A stretch of DNA of 64,000 nt from Convolutriloba macropyga (lineage: Eukaryota). The stretch's first letter is position 1. Every line of letters starts with the position of its first letter. The notes beneath the pieces were generated by a model that searched no databases, was not told the origin of the DNA, and was given only the letters and a program-made list of their open reading frames with translations. Below are positions 11,906 to 26,104 of the stretch, piece after piece. Both the position numbers and the translations under genes were made by a program. Where the stretch lies: contig NW_027451610.1 of the NCBI RefSeq assembly GCF_964194025.1, positions 1-64,000 on the forward strand, given 5' to 3'.

Positions 11906-12126
11906 GCTATCAACTCACGCTAGCTCAGCAGCCCAGTTCAAACCAATCGGGACAGCCATGTGGGCAGCAGGTGATGCGACCCAGGGCCAGACAGCAACCA
12001 CAGCTAAAGATAGCAAAGACTTGTCTGGTCGCGACTTTCGTCAGATTCCTACTCTGGCTGCCATATGTTATTCACCTGGTCAGACTCTCCGTTCGACAGG
12101 CCACTGGATATGCCCCGTTGGGGGAT
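11906..12126 (+). CDS. GPCR exon 4 (ICL3 end, TM6, ECL3)
   Basis: Acceptor TTCCAG|GC, phase 1; KIAKTCLVATFVRFLLWLPY (FxxxWxP motif); consensus donor GAT|GTAAGT, phase 0. Confidence 0.85.
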
Positions 12127-12227
12127 GTAAGTATCTTAATCGTCGTTCACAAACTTAAAACAGATGTAATGGCCGCCATTGACTTCAGAGTGTTTCGCCA
12201 TTTTGCATTTTGATTTTGGAATACGTA

Positions 12228-13434
12228 CCCGGTTCGAGGTTTGCCAGTGAATTTTCGTAAGAAATGCGGTGAAATTCCGCGACAAAAAAAAATAATTTTC
12301 ACCGCGTATTTCTATTTCAACACAGCATTAGGTAAAAACAGCGCTAATTCTAACGCAAAATTTTGTAAGGTCAACGCAAAATTATGTAGGATTTACGCTA
12401 AATTAAATAGTTGAATTTGAAGTAGTTATTGAGCCAGTTCAAACCAATTATTTCTGAACCCTTCTATTCTATTCTATTTTTTGATTAAGTAAGATCTACG
12501 CTAAACTCAAAGCAAAATTATGTAAAACATAAGCTTTGGAAGCCAAAATTAGGTAAAATCAAGGCTAAAATCAAAGCAGAAAAATGTAGGATCAAAATTA
12601 TACGAATCTACGCAAAAATCAACGCGAAGTTTTGTAATTTCTACGGTAATTTCAACACTAAATTATGTACGATCTGCAATAAGTTCAATGCGAAACTATG
12701 TAAGGTCCAACCTTTGGAACACAAAATCTGATAAGATCAACGCTAAGTTTAGAACAGAAAAATGTAGGATCAAAGCCAAAATTATATGAATCTATGCAAA
12801 ATTCAACGCGAAGTTTTGTAATATATAAGGTAATTTCAACACTAAGTTATGTAAGATCTTAGATATGTTCAATGCAAAGTTTTGTAAGATCTAAATATTG
12901 GAACATAGCATTAGGTAAAAACAGCGCTAATTCTAACGCAAAAATTTGTAAGGTCAACGCAAAATTATGTAGGATTTACGCTAAATTCAATGCAAAATTA
13001 TGTTAGATCTACGCCATATTTAACGCAAAATTTTATTAGATCTACGCTAAATTCAACGCAAATTTATGTACCATTGACGACCAAGCGTAGATTTTACATA
13101 ATTTCAATGCAAACAGCGCCAATCTTACGTAATTTAGCGTTTTTTAACGTTGACTTTATTTAGGCCTGGGGTCGAATAGCGGTGAATTATTTTTTTTCAC
13201 CGCATTCACCGCTTTAACCTTATTTCTGACATTAGTTTGCCATAATATTCTATGAGCTCAATTTTTGTAAGAATTGATTTGAAGTTGGTTGTGAATTTTT
13301 GTTAGAAATGCGGTGAAAAGCGTTGAACTATTTTTTTTTTCACAGCATTCACCGCAATCACCCCATTTCTTACGAAAGTTCAACGCATTCACCGCATTTC
13401 TTACGAAAATTCACTTTAGAAACTTGGACCCGGG
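12228..13434. mobile_element. Non-autonomous TIR element (CMC/EnSpm-like)
   Basis: TA|CCCGG...CCGGG|TA; ~45-bp imperfect TIR including AGTGAATTTTCGTAAGAAATGCGGTGAA; internal CAACGCAAAATT repeats. Confidence 0.7.
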
Positions 13435-13776
13435 TAAGTCGCCAATTTAACTTGATTTATAATCACTCGGTTGTAAAGTCGGGTTTTTCGCATTATAGCC
13501 CCACAGCTTAGTGGTCAGATAAACTATAACCCCCGCAATCATGATAATTATACCATAATGGGGGGCTATAATTCCATGGGGGTTATAATGGGAAAGACCC
13601 GTAAAGTCATGATGTAAAATGGATGTGTTAGAACGATAATTGATGTAACTTGGAACCAAAAATGGAAAACAACAAATAATGCTTTAGAAAAAAAGTGAAA
13701 AGGATCAAGGTTAGGCCAGCATTTTGAGACGAAATCTTGTTTTTCCATTTTAAGTAGAGACACATATAAACGGAAA

Positions 13777-14766
13777 CCGCCCGAGTTATTCAGGAATATT
13801 TGTCGTATTAGATATTACAAATATCTGACAATGCGGTCTCATAAGATGTCTGTTAGGGTATTTATCTTCTTATCAGATCTGATAAGAGAATAATCCGATC
13901 CAACACAAAAAAATCATCTTATCAGATCTTGCACGTTAAAACCAACTTCGTCTTATTAGATGTTATTCAATACAAATTATGTTTTATGAGATCTCACTCG
14001 GCAAAAATTCTATCTTACCGGATCTTGCAAGATATTCTATCTTACCTTCTTATTAACTAAATTGACGCTACAGAACAAGAAAGAATTATTGCAGCCACAG
14101 GATTTTTTTTGTATGAACATACAATGTCACGACAGAATCAATAGAAAAATGGTCTTCGACCGAAAAAAATCTTGCTACTGTAACTTTCGAGATTTCGTAA
14201 TGTTTTCAATTCACTATTCAAGGTCGCAATCCGCTGGTTTTTTTATACGTCAGAATTGTTTTCTGCAAAACTTCCAAAACGAGGACCCTCTCAACAAAAC
14301 GTAATAGAACACCAAAATTTTGAGATTTTCATTTAGCAAGCCTCCTTCAATTACAGTGTCAGTTGTGTTTTTTAAAATTTTGTTTGTAATATTTTTTATA
14401 TCTTAAATCAGTCAGAACATTGATAAAAAGTTTCTGCAGTAGCAATGTTTATCTTATAAATTGTCTTATCACATTTTCCACGATGATAAATTGGCTTAAA
14501 AGAATTGTTATCGTGTAAAATCTGATACAAGAAATTTCAATTTTTCATAGTGTAAGATATTATCAAATCGTCAACGATAAATTTTCATCTTTTCAGACCT
14601 TATCAAACAACAAAATTTTTTCTAACCAAATCTTGCAGCGTAAAATTTTGTCTTATCGCACATTACGTAATAAAATTTCTGTCAAATTATATCTTAGATA
14701 AAGACCTTATACAAAATGAATCGAAAAAACGAAAAATATCTAACAGCACCAGCGGGGTTGGGCGGG
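13777..14766. repeat. CTTATCAGAT-rich repeat, possible MITE
   Basis: Ends CCGCCC...GGGCGGG; recurrent TCTTATCAGA-like motifs near both ends. Confidence 0.4.
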
Positions 14767-17700
14767 TTAGTTTTGAAAAAAAAACTATTCATTGGCGCAT
14801 TAAAAAAATTGGTTTCTTTATTTTTCCAATCCAATATTTAAGGTCTTATTGCGCTGGTTTTCAATTTGTTAAGGGTTTTTATTATAATGAACAAGGAGGC
14901 TCGTTAGTGCGCGTTCGCACATGATGTTTAGACATGCGCTCATATACATTTTTGACTGAACTATCTTTTGACTTAAATTTTTGCAAGAGATAATCAAAAA
15001 TAGATGATTGAGTTTTAAAAAATCAATACACAACCAAACTAATTTGAGTTAAATAATGACATGCCTCAATACAATGAGATTTTCCATGGAAAAGACTAAA
15101 AGAAAAAAAAACAAAAAAAGCAGAAATAAAAATTTCACGGCAAAAACTCAATATCTTAATTGGAAAACACATAGTAATAACGTCAAATTTTAATCAGACA
15201 AAACCCTACCTAAACAGTTTTTTATAACTACACATCAGATTGCATTTTTACTAAATGAGAATAGATAACAAGTCGACAAAAAGAAGAAATAATGAGGCGA
15301 TATTCAAAAATCAATCACCATTTTTGAAAACCAAAGAATTTCAAAAGTCTTAAGATTAATTAGCTTTTAACAAAAAAAATCTTGATAAATTTTTTATTAA
15401 GTCACAATGAAACCAAGAAGACTTGTTTCTGGTTAGACTAAGTCTTGAGAACGGACTGAAGTTTCAGAAAAACTCAAAAAATTAAGCACACCGAACTACA
15501 AACATTGCGAAAACACGCCATTAAAATCATTAGCTACTATCTGAATAATATGTATATTTATTTCAACTTCTATTTATACTGATTCAGCTAAGGGTATACT
15601 GCTTGAATGAATAAGTTCAATTGGGCCACATTTGAAAGCCATTGGGATCTGTTATTACGCAATTATGCTAAAAGAAAAGAAAAGTAAAAAGAAAAACACC
15701 ACTCACAAAACTTTTTATGGAAATGCACATTGTTCAACAAACAAAACATCCATCAGTTACGTCATAATTTATGTAAAATTATTAAATTCCAAAATACATG
15801 GACCCCTCAATTATGAGAAAAATATGCAAATTGAAGAAATGGACATCAAAAATTGAAAAAATTGAAAAAATCCTTAAAAACTCTATAAAGGAAAAATATC
15901 ATGAAGTTTAAGACTACTTAAATTAAACCGACAGATTTGGATAACATCATTCATTCAATACTCAATCACAAGCCTATGAAACCGGTCAGCATTTTACCGC
16001 TACCTAAAGAATTATAAAGCAAAAACAGCAAATTCAAAAAAAATTGAGAGACAAAAGTGACTAAGCCATTGAAAACTGAACTCTTCAGTAAAAACTGTCC
16101 TTTTTTCAATTAATTTCTTAACAGCGATAGCATTTGTTTTCACAATATGACTTCAATAAATCAATAAACATTAGCAAATACATTAAAACCCCTCAATTTT
16201 TGAGAAAAACCTTAGTATCAACACCAACAAACTCAATAGCTTTCAACCGAAGCTAATAAATATGCAAAAGTACGTTTCAATGAGACAACAAGGATGTTTT
16301 TCATATATAAGTCATTAACAAAACATCACAATAAGCCATTGACTATGAAATTAACAACAAGCAGAGGCGAAATCTAAAAATTAAGTACAAAAGAACAAGA
16401 ACGCATTGTCTGAGCCATTTAAATTACAATTTTTTCTCTGAAAACTTTATGTATGAGCCACTGAACATCATCTTTTAGCCGCTGCAACTATCAGCCAATT
16501 CTAGTATAATGTGTCAAGATTCTAAAAGGAACCAAAATTACAAAAAGATATCCAAAACTTTTAAAAAAACATGAAACCTCGTGCACCGAAGTCTTAGTAC
16601 CGATAATCAGAAGATAAAACGAATAACTAGATAAAGGTTGGATGTTGTCGAAAAGAAAAGTGTCCGGTCATTACTGATACTGACTTACAGATCACGAAAA
16701 TATGTTTAACATTGATTAATTTTTCAAAAAAATCGAAAAATTATTTTTAAAGTCTTAACAGCCATTAAACTCAATAGCTTATAACGAAAGTCAATCAAAA
16801 CGCTCAATTGGAGCGTATGCCTCGCTTGGGGACAACGTTATTTGTCATGCATGGATAAACAATCAGACATCACCATAAATCTAAAGACTATGGAAACAAC
16901 AACAAATACAGGCAAAAACCGAAAATTCAGTAGAAAAGTAGGAGGTGAAGAAAGTTTCGAAGCCATTTGAAAGATAAGCTTTTTCCTGAAAACTTTGACC
17001 ATGATTGACTTCAATTTTTCTCTAAGTCAATGGGAGATATCAGTATGAGGATAACGTGATAACATTTCAAGAGGAACCAATAATAATAAAATATCCAAAA
17101 AATATTTTAAGAATTTTTAAATTCTTGTGGCATTGAAGTCATAAAACATAGAGTTAGAAGAAAAACCACTAACCAGAAAAATTTTGGTTGCATTATAAAA
17201 GATGGGGTCTTTATTGAGACTGGCTTACAAATAACGAAAATAAATTTATTATCGATTAACGTTAAAAAAAATTCTCGAAAAATCGTTTGAAAGTTTTAAC
17301 AGCCATTAGCTGTCCACTGAAAGCTCTAGAAAGGATCACTTAATGCACATTACAAAACCTATTGTACTGTTAGTCAATGAAGCTATGTCATAGGACTCCA
17401 GAAATTTTGTGAAACTTCAAAGTAAACTAAAAAAACATTTAAAATTACCAAAACTAAGAGTCGAAGCCAAAAAAAGAAACACGAGTGACTCCTTGAAAAC
17501 GGTTTTTTTGTTATTGGGCTGTATTTGAGTGTAAAGTTTGTCATTAACAGAATCTAGATTTGAAAATTGACTAGTCTCCTAGGTGACCCAAGATGACAAA
17601 AATATGAAAAATTTTCTAAAAAAAGAGCTCTCCACTAGAGTTTGCGTTTTTTTATATTAAACTTCCCTATGAGACCAGAACTAGACTTTTTATCGCCTTT

Positions 17701-19923
17701 CATCTATAAGGAACTCGAAAATGTTTCATTTTGTGGCGTGAAATGTAATTTTGAATTGATTTTTTAATAAAAAAGATCTTAATTTGAAGAAAAATTACCC
17801 TAAAAGTTTAACAAATTCAACCCATTTATCCCGTTTTAACACAAAACTACAAGCCTCAATAACTCCTCGAAAAAAAATGAAATTCGAAAAAAAATATTTT
17901 CAGTTTCGAATTATGCGCTCTCCTCTTCACATGTCTCTACAATGAATATATTGATCGGCCAAAATTGTCTGAACAAAAAAACCCATTTGAGTATATAGCT
18001 CCTCCCCCCACAAGTTGGGTCGGAACAATAATCAATTAGATTTAGCGCATTGATGATGCTCGAGTTTAAAACCCTAGAGGAATTGCCACAATCACTGTGT
18101 TTGTTGTTCTGTTTCAAATTTTGTTTGACTTCTTTTTCCAAGCAATTGAATATATAACAATATAATTTTCACGTTAAGCCAAATATGAAGACTTTCTTTC
18201 ACAGTCTTATCAGGTCTTATATAATAATTGTATGAAAACTTATTTTTTAATTTGTTTTTCAGCTGTCAGTTTGCGGACATTTTAATCGTGCAGAAAATGA
18301 TTAGTTGAATTTTCATTTTTTTTAATTTTTTTGATCAGATTCTACACGACAAAACTCTTTGTAAAATTCCTGTCAGATCTGACAGGATGAATGAGTCACT
18401 GTGGTGTACACACTTTTGGATAAATCAAATTATCAACTGAATTTTAAACATTTGAAGAGGATTTCAATTTAAACGATTGCCAACTAGTTATGTCACAGTC
18501 TAATATAGCTTAGTCCTTTGCAAATGAATCTTTGAAAAATTTCATTTTAGTGGTGGGATATTTGCATCCCGATAAACTTTTTGGGCTCACTTTGGCCAAT
18601 ATGATAGGTATCCACCGACATTGTGGCGAATAAAAAAAGCTTTAGACTCGTATTTGAGAAATATCTCGTTAGTTCAATTCATTTTCTGCCTTCTGTTTTG
18701 TTGTGAACTTGAACTTCATAGCATAGACAGTGTAAAATCAAAAACTAATGGGCATTTGCGAGAAATTCTGATGATCTAAGTGCCGAATTCTGAAAAATCC
18801 AGACATTTTATTGTTTTTCTAAAACGTTTTGATCGTATGGGATCTCATGGGCCAATTTTTCTTCCTTCAAAAAGGCTGAATTTTCCCATTTTTCTTGTTT
18901 AAATTTGCTTAAGATGGCATGCCAATCAATTTGTTTTCTTTTCTGACTTTTTTGGGACCTAAGTTCTTTTTCTTCATTGTAAAAAAGCCTCCACAACTGT
19001 GACTTTGTTGAAGTGTCGGAATAATATTTTTCGATTGAATTCTCTTTAAGAAACTACGTTATTTGCTTAATTTCACCAAAGAAAATTTTGCAAGAAAAAT
19101 TTTACCGTCATGCTGATTACATCGGTAAGTTAAACTTGATTAAAATTTGTCTCTGAGTAATTAACTTTTCTAGTACTACTGAAAGTTCTGTTTTCTGTTT
19201 TTACACCCCCCCCCCCTTCAAATAGAATTCAATTCGCGTGGAGGGGTTGGTGCAGTTACATCTTTTTATTTGGCTAAAAATTTAGTACAGCACAAAAATG
19301 AGCACACAATTTTTGCCATGAATACTTGCTAGCATGACTTTTCTACTATATCTATGAGCTTAAAACTGAAAGTTTATTCAGTTCTAGAATATTACATGCA
19401 CAAGAATGATAAGAAGGTTAATGTGTCTGTTGAAATCATCTTCTGTATATTATCAGACAAAAACTGAAGATAATCTCTTATGATAATTAAGAGAGCCGTA
19501 AAATTTATTAGTTATTACGGCCATCTTTTATTACAGCGAGTCTATAAACATAAGTCTACTGTTTGTCACTGATAAGTATAACAAAAACGCTTCTAATATG
19601 TGAAGCAAAAATGTGCCAACATTTGTTTAGATTGTTAATTAATCACGCCTCTGTGAGTAAAAATACCTAACATTAAGTAATGCATATGGTGATCATATTT
19701 GTCACAGCAAAAATGTTAGACGTTTAATCTACGAAACAGAAAAGTTAATTTGATCAGAGTTATTGTCTGGGGGGAGAGGGGAGGATTGACGAGTTTAAGG
19801 CAATCTGAAAGTTGCAATTAATAGAGAGCAAATGTGTTTAAAACTTTGCCTTTCAAATCATTCCGGGCAGATCAAATTATTCCGACGGCTCAGGAAATAG
19901 AGTGGGCAAAACTATTTCCATTA

Positions 19924-20338
19924 CGAGGGTCTACCGGTATTGAAAAAAATATACTTCCAACGAACGTCGCTGGCGCTTTCATGTACCGCCTCAATCCGGA
20001 GAGCGATTAATTTTTGGGAAAGTGGTTTCCGAAAAAATAAGAGCCTTAAAATGAAAAATAGCATCAAGTGAATGTAAAACGTAGTTACTTTCGGCTGCAA
20101 GGGTCAGTTTTAAGCAATTTATAAAATGAAGAATTAGTCTGCCGCATATTTCTTTGCGGAACGGGCTTCCAGCGTAAAAGTGAAAACCACTAATTGAAAC
20201 TTCCATATGAGGCACAGCCTTTTCGACCGCGAAATGCGAAAACATATTTCACAAGCACAATGTATTAACATTGGAAAAGTAAAAGCTGGTTAAAAACGAG
20301 TAAATTAACTCTCCAAACTTGGTACACGTAGACGCTCG
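19924..20338. mobile_element. Tc1/mariner-type MITE
   Basis: TA|CGAGGGTCTAC...GTAGACGCTCG|TA. Confidence 0.55.
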
Positions 20339-20519
20339 TAATGTCTTAGTTTAAATAGTTTAAATAGCCTAAATCATTAAGAGATCTTTAACAGCTATTA
20401 CGAAACCTAAGAGGTCTAGAACAATGTGAAAGCCTATTTCAGTAACTGCTACAGAAACGAAAAAATATTGTATGAAATCATTGCCGTGTACGGTTTCAAA
20501 CGAATCGAAATATTCAAGA

Positions 20520-20990
20520 GCTTCGGAATATTTGGTTTCCTCTTTGTCTTCTTCGATTTAGTACATTCAAAATTTTCCGTATGTGCTCTATTAAAAAGTA
20601 AGAAAGCTTCTGTATTTTGAAAATATATGTTTGTTTGGAATTGGTATGCTTTCTTTGAAATGTAAAAAAATGACTACGAGGAACTGAACATGCCGAATCT
20701 TGGAAACCAAATATAAGAAAACGCACATACCAACGGTTATCTTACTTTTAAAACCTAATATACTGAATCTAAGAAACCAAACATGCTGACAACCATCTTG
20801 CGTTTAATACCAAACATACCAAACCTAAGTACAACCGAACATACCGACAAAGATTTTACGTTTACAATCAAACATACCGAATCTAAGAAACCGAACATAA
20901 CGATGATGTCTTACGTATAACACCGAACAAAGCGATGATTGTATGCAGTTAAAAACCGATCATGAAAAACCAGAACGAACCAGAACGCAC
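20520..20990. repeat. AAACCGAACATACCGA repeat family
   Basis: Recurring AAACC(G/A)AACATACCGA units, with an inverted block on the left. Confidence 0.55.
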
Positions 20991-21449
20991 CATAAAAAAC
21001 TCTATGGTATTCTTGTCTTTAAAATAATGTAAAAATTGCGGCGAATCCATGAGAGGAAGAAAAAAAGTTTCGATTCTCTTTTTTTGAATTGCCAACAAGA
21101 ATCTCCGCAACTTTTTAAACTAGGATTTTTTTACAAAAAATTATGACTCACAGCATGGAGATCCAAATCTTAAGCTGGTAAAACTAGTACTGAATTAAAA
21201 AATTTGCCTACTGGGCTAACTGGAATCTAGAAAAAATTCGCTGCATGTCTATCTAAAATTGGTTTAAGCATTAAATTAAAAGATAAATTGCAATACAAAA
21301 CGAATTTTACAAGTTTTGATGATTAATTGATTCAGTTTATGTTCAGTTCAAACAACTTCTCAAACTCAAAAAGGTGTGAGTTTAATATGTTATATTTGCC
21401 ATATTTCAGCACAATTTAAAAAAAAAATAATGTGTTTGGTTTGTTGCAG

Positions 21450-21579
21450 CGTTCTCGTGGAGAGATGATAGTGGACATGTTCCTTCCTGATCTGACAATC
21501 ATCGCCTCCTGCACTAACCCTATCGTCTTCATCACAATGTCTCCACCTCTCAAACGACGACTCAAAAACCTATTCATTG
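21450..21579 (+). CDS. GPCR exon 5 (TM7, helix 8); absent from the ORF track
   Basis: Acceptor TTGCAG|; translates RSRGEMIVDMFLPDLTIIASCTNPIVFITMSPPLKRRLKNLFI (SCxNPxxF); donor G|GTAAGA, phase 1. Confidence 0.85.
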
Positions 21580-21773
21580 GTAAGACTATCAATGAATAAA
21601 TACTTTATGTACAATATGGTACTACTTAATACTTTAGGTACAATATTTCTTACGATTTATATTGATCTACTATTTCAACTAGTTAAATCAATGTTCATTA
21701 ATTTCAATCATATACATTAGCAAGTAAATGTCCAAGCTTTGATTTTATTTGTGAAATTTACGTTTGAGTTGAA

Positions 21774-23712
21774 AAAATAAAAATTTTAGAAACTCAAATT
21801 TGACCTACATTTGAACAAGGATAGGTTTGACAATACATGATAAGACTTCTTTTCAACTCACTCAACGAGCGAAGAGATCAAAAGCGGAACAAAATAATAT
21901 AATTTGATTATAACGATGAAAGTTATGAAAGAACAGTTTCGTGTTATTGGTTTGCGGAAATTGAGCCTTAATAAATACATGGAGGCTTGTTCATATGCGT
22001 TCGCATATAATGTTCCGATTAGGTTCAACAATGTTTTTGACTTAATTGTCATCCAAGTAAGGAAGAGGTAAAAGAAACCTTTCAAAAATTCATATATTGC
22101 TCAAAAATCTCTTCATTTAAAAATTGCTTTAAGCTGCAACCACTAAACACATAAAACAATATTTTATCAGAGGGTCGGTGATGCCTGCAACTAAGGACAG
22201 TAAGAGATAAGAAATTTAACAAAACCAAATAAGAGCAACAAGCATTACCTTCGACCAAAACTTAATATGTATCTATTTTTTTAAAGTAAAAATGGCATCC
22301 GATAAAAACTTAACTGAATTGATTGACTGGCATTTTAACCAGAAAAGACACGGGACAATCATTTCTGAGAAAAATCAACACGTACAAAGAAAACAAAAGG
22401 CACAGTTAAAATAAAGCTGGCACTTGTTGAAAACCATACAAATCAAATTTCGTGCCTTAGCTGTCAATCGAAGTCAACCAATGGTCTCTTCTATATCATC
22501 ATACAGAACAGTTTAGACCTTTCATTGTCCGAAAAATCATGAGGTAGAAAAATAAATAAATATAGGCAGCTAATTTTACACATTCAGATCTTTTTCATGA
22601 GCTTCAAGAAATTCTCATACGCTACTCTCCTTATTGAATTTTCCACATCTGAAAAAGAAATTGTTTTGTTTTTCCGTTGGATGAATGTGAACACCAATTT
22701 AGATTAATTTATGCACTCTAATTTTGAGTGATTTTCAAACTAGCTTAAGCTGAATTCCTTCATTTCGTTTCTGTAGCATATCCTTGCTCTTGAGGCCTTA
22801 ATATCGACAGACTTGTGGTTTAATGGCAGGTCAGTAATCTTCATAGTTGTAAGCTGGTCACAGCTCATAGTTAATTGAGTTTCGACTGGGTGACGTTTAG
22901 CTGATAGCACTGATTAAAATAAAAATTTTAGAAACTCAAATTTGACATACCTTTGAACAAGGATAGGTCTGACAATACTTGATAAGACTTCTTTTCAACT
23001 CACTCAATGAGCGAAGAGATCAAAAGCGGAACAAAATAATATCATTTGATTATAACGATGAAAGTTATGAAAGAACAGTTTCGTGTTTTTCGTTTGCGGA
23101 AAATGAGCCTTAATAAATACATGGAGGCTTGTTCATATGCGTTCTCATATAATGTTCCGATTAGGTTCAACGATGTTTTGGACTTAATTGTCATCCAAGT
23201 AAGGAAGAGGTAAAAGAAACCTTTCAAAAATTCATATATTGCTCAAAAATCTCTTCATTTAAAAATTGCTTTAAGCTGCAACCACTAAACACATAAAGCA
23301 ATTTGTTATCAGAGGGTCGGTGATGCCTGCCACTAAGGAGAGTAAGAGATAAGAAAAATAACAAAACCAAATAAGAGCAACAAGCATTACCTTCGACCAA
23401 AACTTAATATGTATCTATTTTTTTAAAGTAAAAACGGCATCCGATAAAAACTTAACTGAATTGATTGAATGGCATTTTAACCAGAAAAGACACGGGACAA
23501 TCATTTCTGAGAAAAATCAAAACGTACAAAGAAAACAAAAAGGCACGGCTAAAATAAAGCTGGCACTTGTTGAAAACCATGCAAATCAAATTTCGTGCCT
23601 TAGCTGTCAATCGAAGTCATCCAATGGTCTCTTCTATACCATCATACAGAACAGTTTAGACCTTTCATTGTCCAACAAATCATAAGGTGGAAAAATAAAT
23701 AGATACAGGCAG
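21774..23712. repeat. Recent direct duplication of ~795 bp (21774-22569 and 22916-23712)
   Basis: Constant offset 1142 bp, near-identical copies. Confidence 0.9.
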
Positions 23713-25834
23713 AAATGAAGCAGAACCTCAATAATTGAAAATTTTCCAAAAACGAAGAAAAATTAAAAAAAACTCATATTATCAACGCCCAAAAACCAGT
23801 TTTTTTTAACAATTAAATAAATAAACGTAAAGAATTTCCCTACAGTTCACTGTAAAAGAATGCGCGAATGCTCTCTCTTGGCTGTGACAACGCTACAACG
23901 AGGCGGGAATAAGATTGAAAGCGGCAAATCGCAAAAGACCAGCTTCTTTAAAACAATTTTTTGAAAACCATAAATCGTAATGAAATGATGCTTTCAAAAA
24001 ACAAAAACAATTATAGACTAAATGGTTATGATTAGCAATTGGTCATGCCCTTAGCAAGGCCAAGTCAAAAGACAACAAATCAACAACAAAAACAGGCAGA
24101 ACGCAAAATTTCTTGAACAACTTTTGCAAACAGTGTTGAAGCCAAAAAAAACATTAAGGGTTTCATTGACAATATCATGTTTATTCACTGGCCTCCTTTT
24201 TCACGTAAAATTTACTTGTCAGTAATTGAGCTTTGATTTGGAATCACTCTGGTGTTTAACTAACATAAAAAAGAAAAGTTTTTTAAAAAAGATTTATATT
24301 CAGCACCCAATTACAATCCGAACAAATTTAGATCGAAAAAAAAATTGAAGCTAGACCAAAATTGGTCATGTTCGTGCTGCCCGTCCTTTAAAACAAAGGA
24401 AATCAAATTATCAAAGAAATGGCTAATTTGGCCCAAAGAGTCATTATATCAAAAAATGATGAAATATGGATGTTTATTAGTTTATATTACCAAAAACATT
24501 TTATGTATCAACTGAAGGCTTTAGACCGTCTCTTTAGTAGTTCCCTAAATAAAAATTGGACATTAGATTAGATAGAAGCGGCCAAAAGACTACCGAAGAA
24601 CCTCAATTGCTGGCAAAACTCCACAGTTCTTTAAACGCTTACGAAATCACTTGCTGCAGCCCTTAAAAGAATGGGCTTCACCCAAAAGTTTCAGACCCAA
24701 ATTTGGGACAAAATTTTTTTATAGGACTCTAGTTGAGCATAAAGTGTACCTCATATTATGAAATCCGTTTTATTGCTCGAATTCACGATGAGACCGAAAT
24801 TGGTTTGGCCAGAACTGCGTTGCTGTTGAAAAGGCAATTGTTCTAATAAACTGAGTATTTGTATTTTTGACGAAAAACCTGGCAAACAGAAAAAGTAATA
24901 TATTAGAAATAAAAGTAACGCTTTTTAAAAATATTTATCAATTTCAATTCGCAAGGGGCCGCTATAACGTTAGATCCAGAACACTTTCATTCCGGAGATA
25001 AAAACAGGGCATATGTGAGTAAACAAAGGGCATATGTGAGTAAACAAACAGGGCATATGTGAGTTTTTTTGTCTGCACTGCCGGTCAAGCTGGAAAAAGT
25101 GGACCAATTTTGCATATCTGATGCCAAATTTTATTTTTAAAAAATGAAAAACTCTGATTTCTTTAAAAAAAATGCAGAACATATGCAAAAAATTAGCAAG
25201 AACACTTTGCTCAATGATTTCAGAAATTCCGTTTCATCTTTCAACGTAAAACCAATGAGACTATCTTTGACACATTTATCATATTTTTAGCAAAAACTGA
25301 TCAAAATTTGAAAAAAATGGAACGAAACCTCCGTAGCTCCTCGGAAAATGCAAAATCGAAAAAAAATGTTTTCAATTTGAAATTCTACGCTAAAAAAGTT
25401 TTCTAATGATACCAATCACATGCCAGTACGATAAATATATCGGTAGGCGAAAATTGTCGGAACGAAAAAAAAAACATTTGAGCGTATTGTTTCTCCCCTC
25501 TAAAACGGGTCGGAACAATTATAATTTGTAACAGGCTGCATATGATCTCTAAAAATCTCTTAGAGCATCATATTTTTGTGAAAAAATAAAATGTTCCTAA
25601 TAGCACAAAATAATGGCTTTGAATTAACTGATTTTTAGTGAGCGACCTCTGAAATAAAATTGGCATACAGATCCTCTTAGTTTTCCTTGATTTTTGTCAC
25701 AACAATTGAGCTTTAATAGTAGTTGAAAATAATAGCAGCAGTTGCTTTAAAGGACCTCGCTGGCGTTGATTATGTTTCAGGCTCGTCGATTTCATTTTCC
25801 TGTTCCTTCCAAATTTAAACCTCTACCTTTATAG

Positions 25835-26104
25835 GGGTGAAGAAATACTGCTGTTGCTGCTGTCCATTTCTGGTGCCATGTTGTCGCCACAATGGACGAC
25901 ATGATTCTGTCAATGCAACTGTAGGAGTCCCTACGGCCACTGGAACCCAAGGTCCCCTCTCCAGCACCCTACCCCCCACCAACAACAACAATCACTGCCC
26001 CTATCTCCCCACCCTCAACGGGGGGCTGGACCCACTAAAGCCCAATACGGTCGAACATGAAAGTAACAACCACGTCATCAGCAAGAATAACAACCACGAC
26101 AATG
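25835..26104 (+). CDS. GPCR exon 6 (Cys string, proximal C-tail)
   Basis: Acceptor TTTATAG|GG, phase 1; VKKYCCCCCPFLVPCC follows helix 8; probable donor G|GTAATT, phase 1. Confidence 0.75.

Noticed and set aside
11601-12158. 185-aa ORF
   Set aside because: Off-frame overlap with GPCR exon 4 plus intron sequence; no domain signature.
18540-18996. Possible decayed coding relic on the - strand
   Set aside because: Looks protein-like but I recognised no motif, so no call can be supported.
21774-23712. LTR pair of a TRIM or LARD
   Set aside because: No TG...CA ends, PBS, PPT or TSD.
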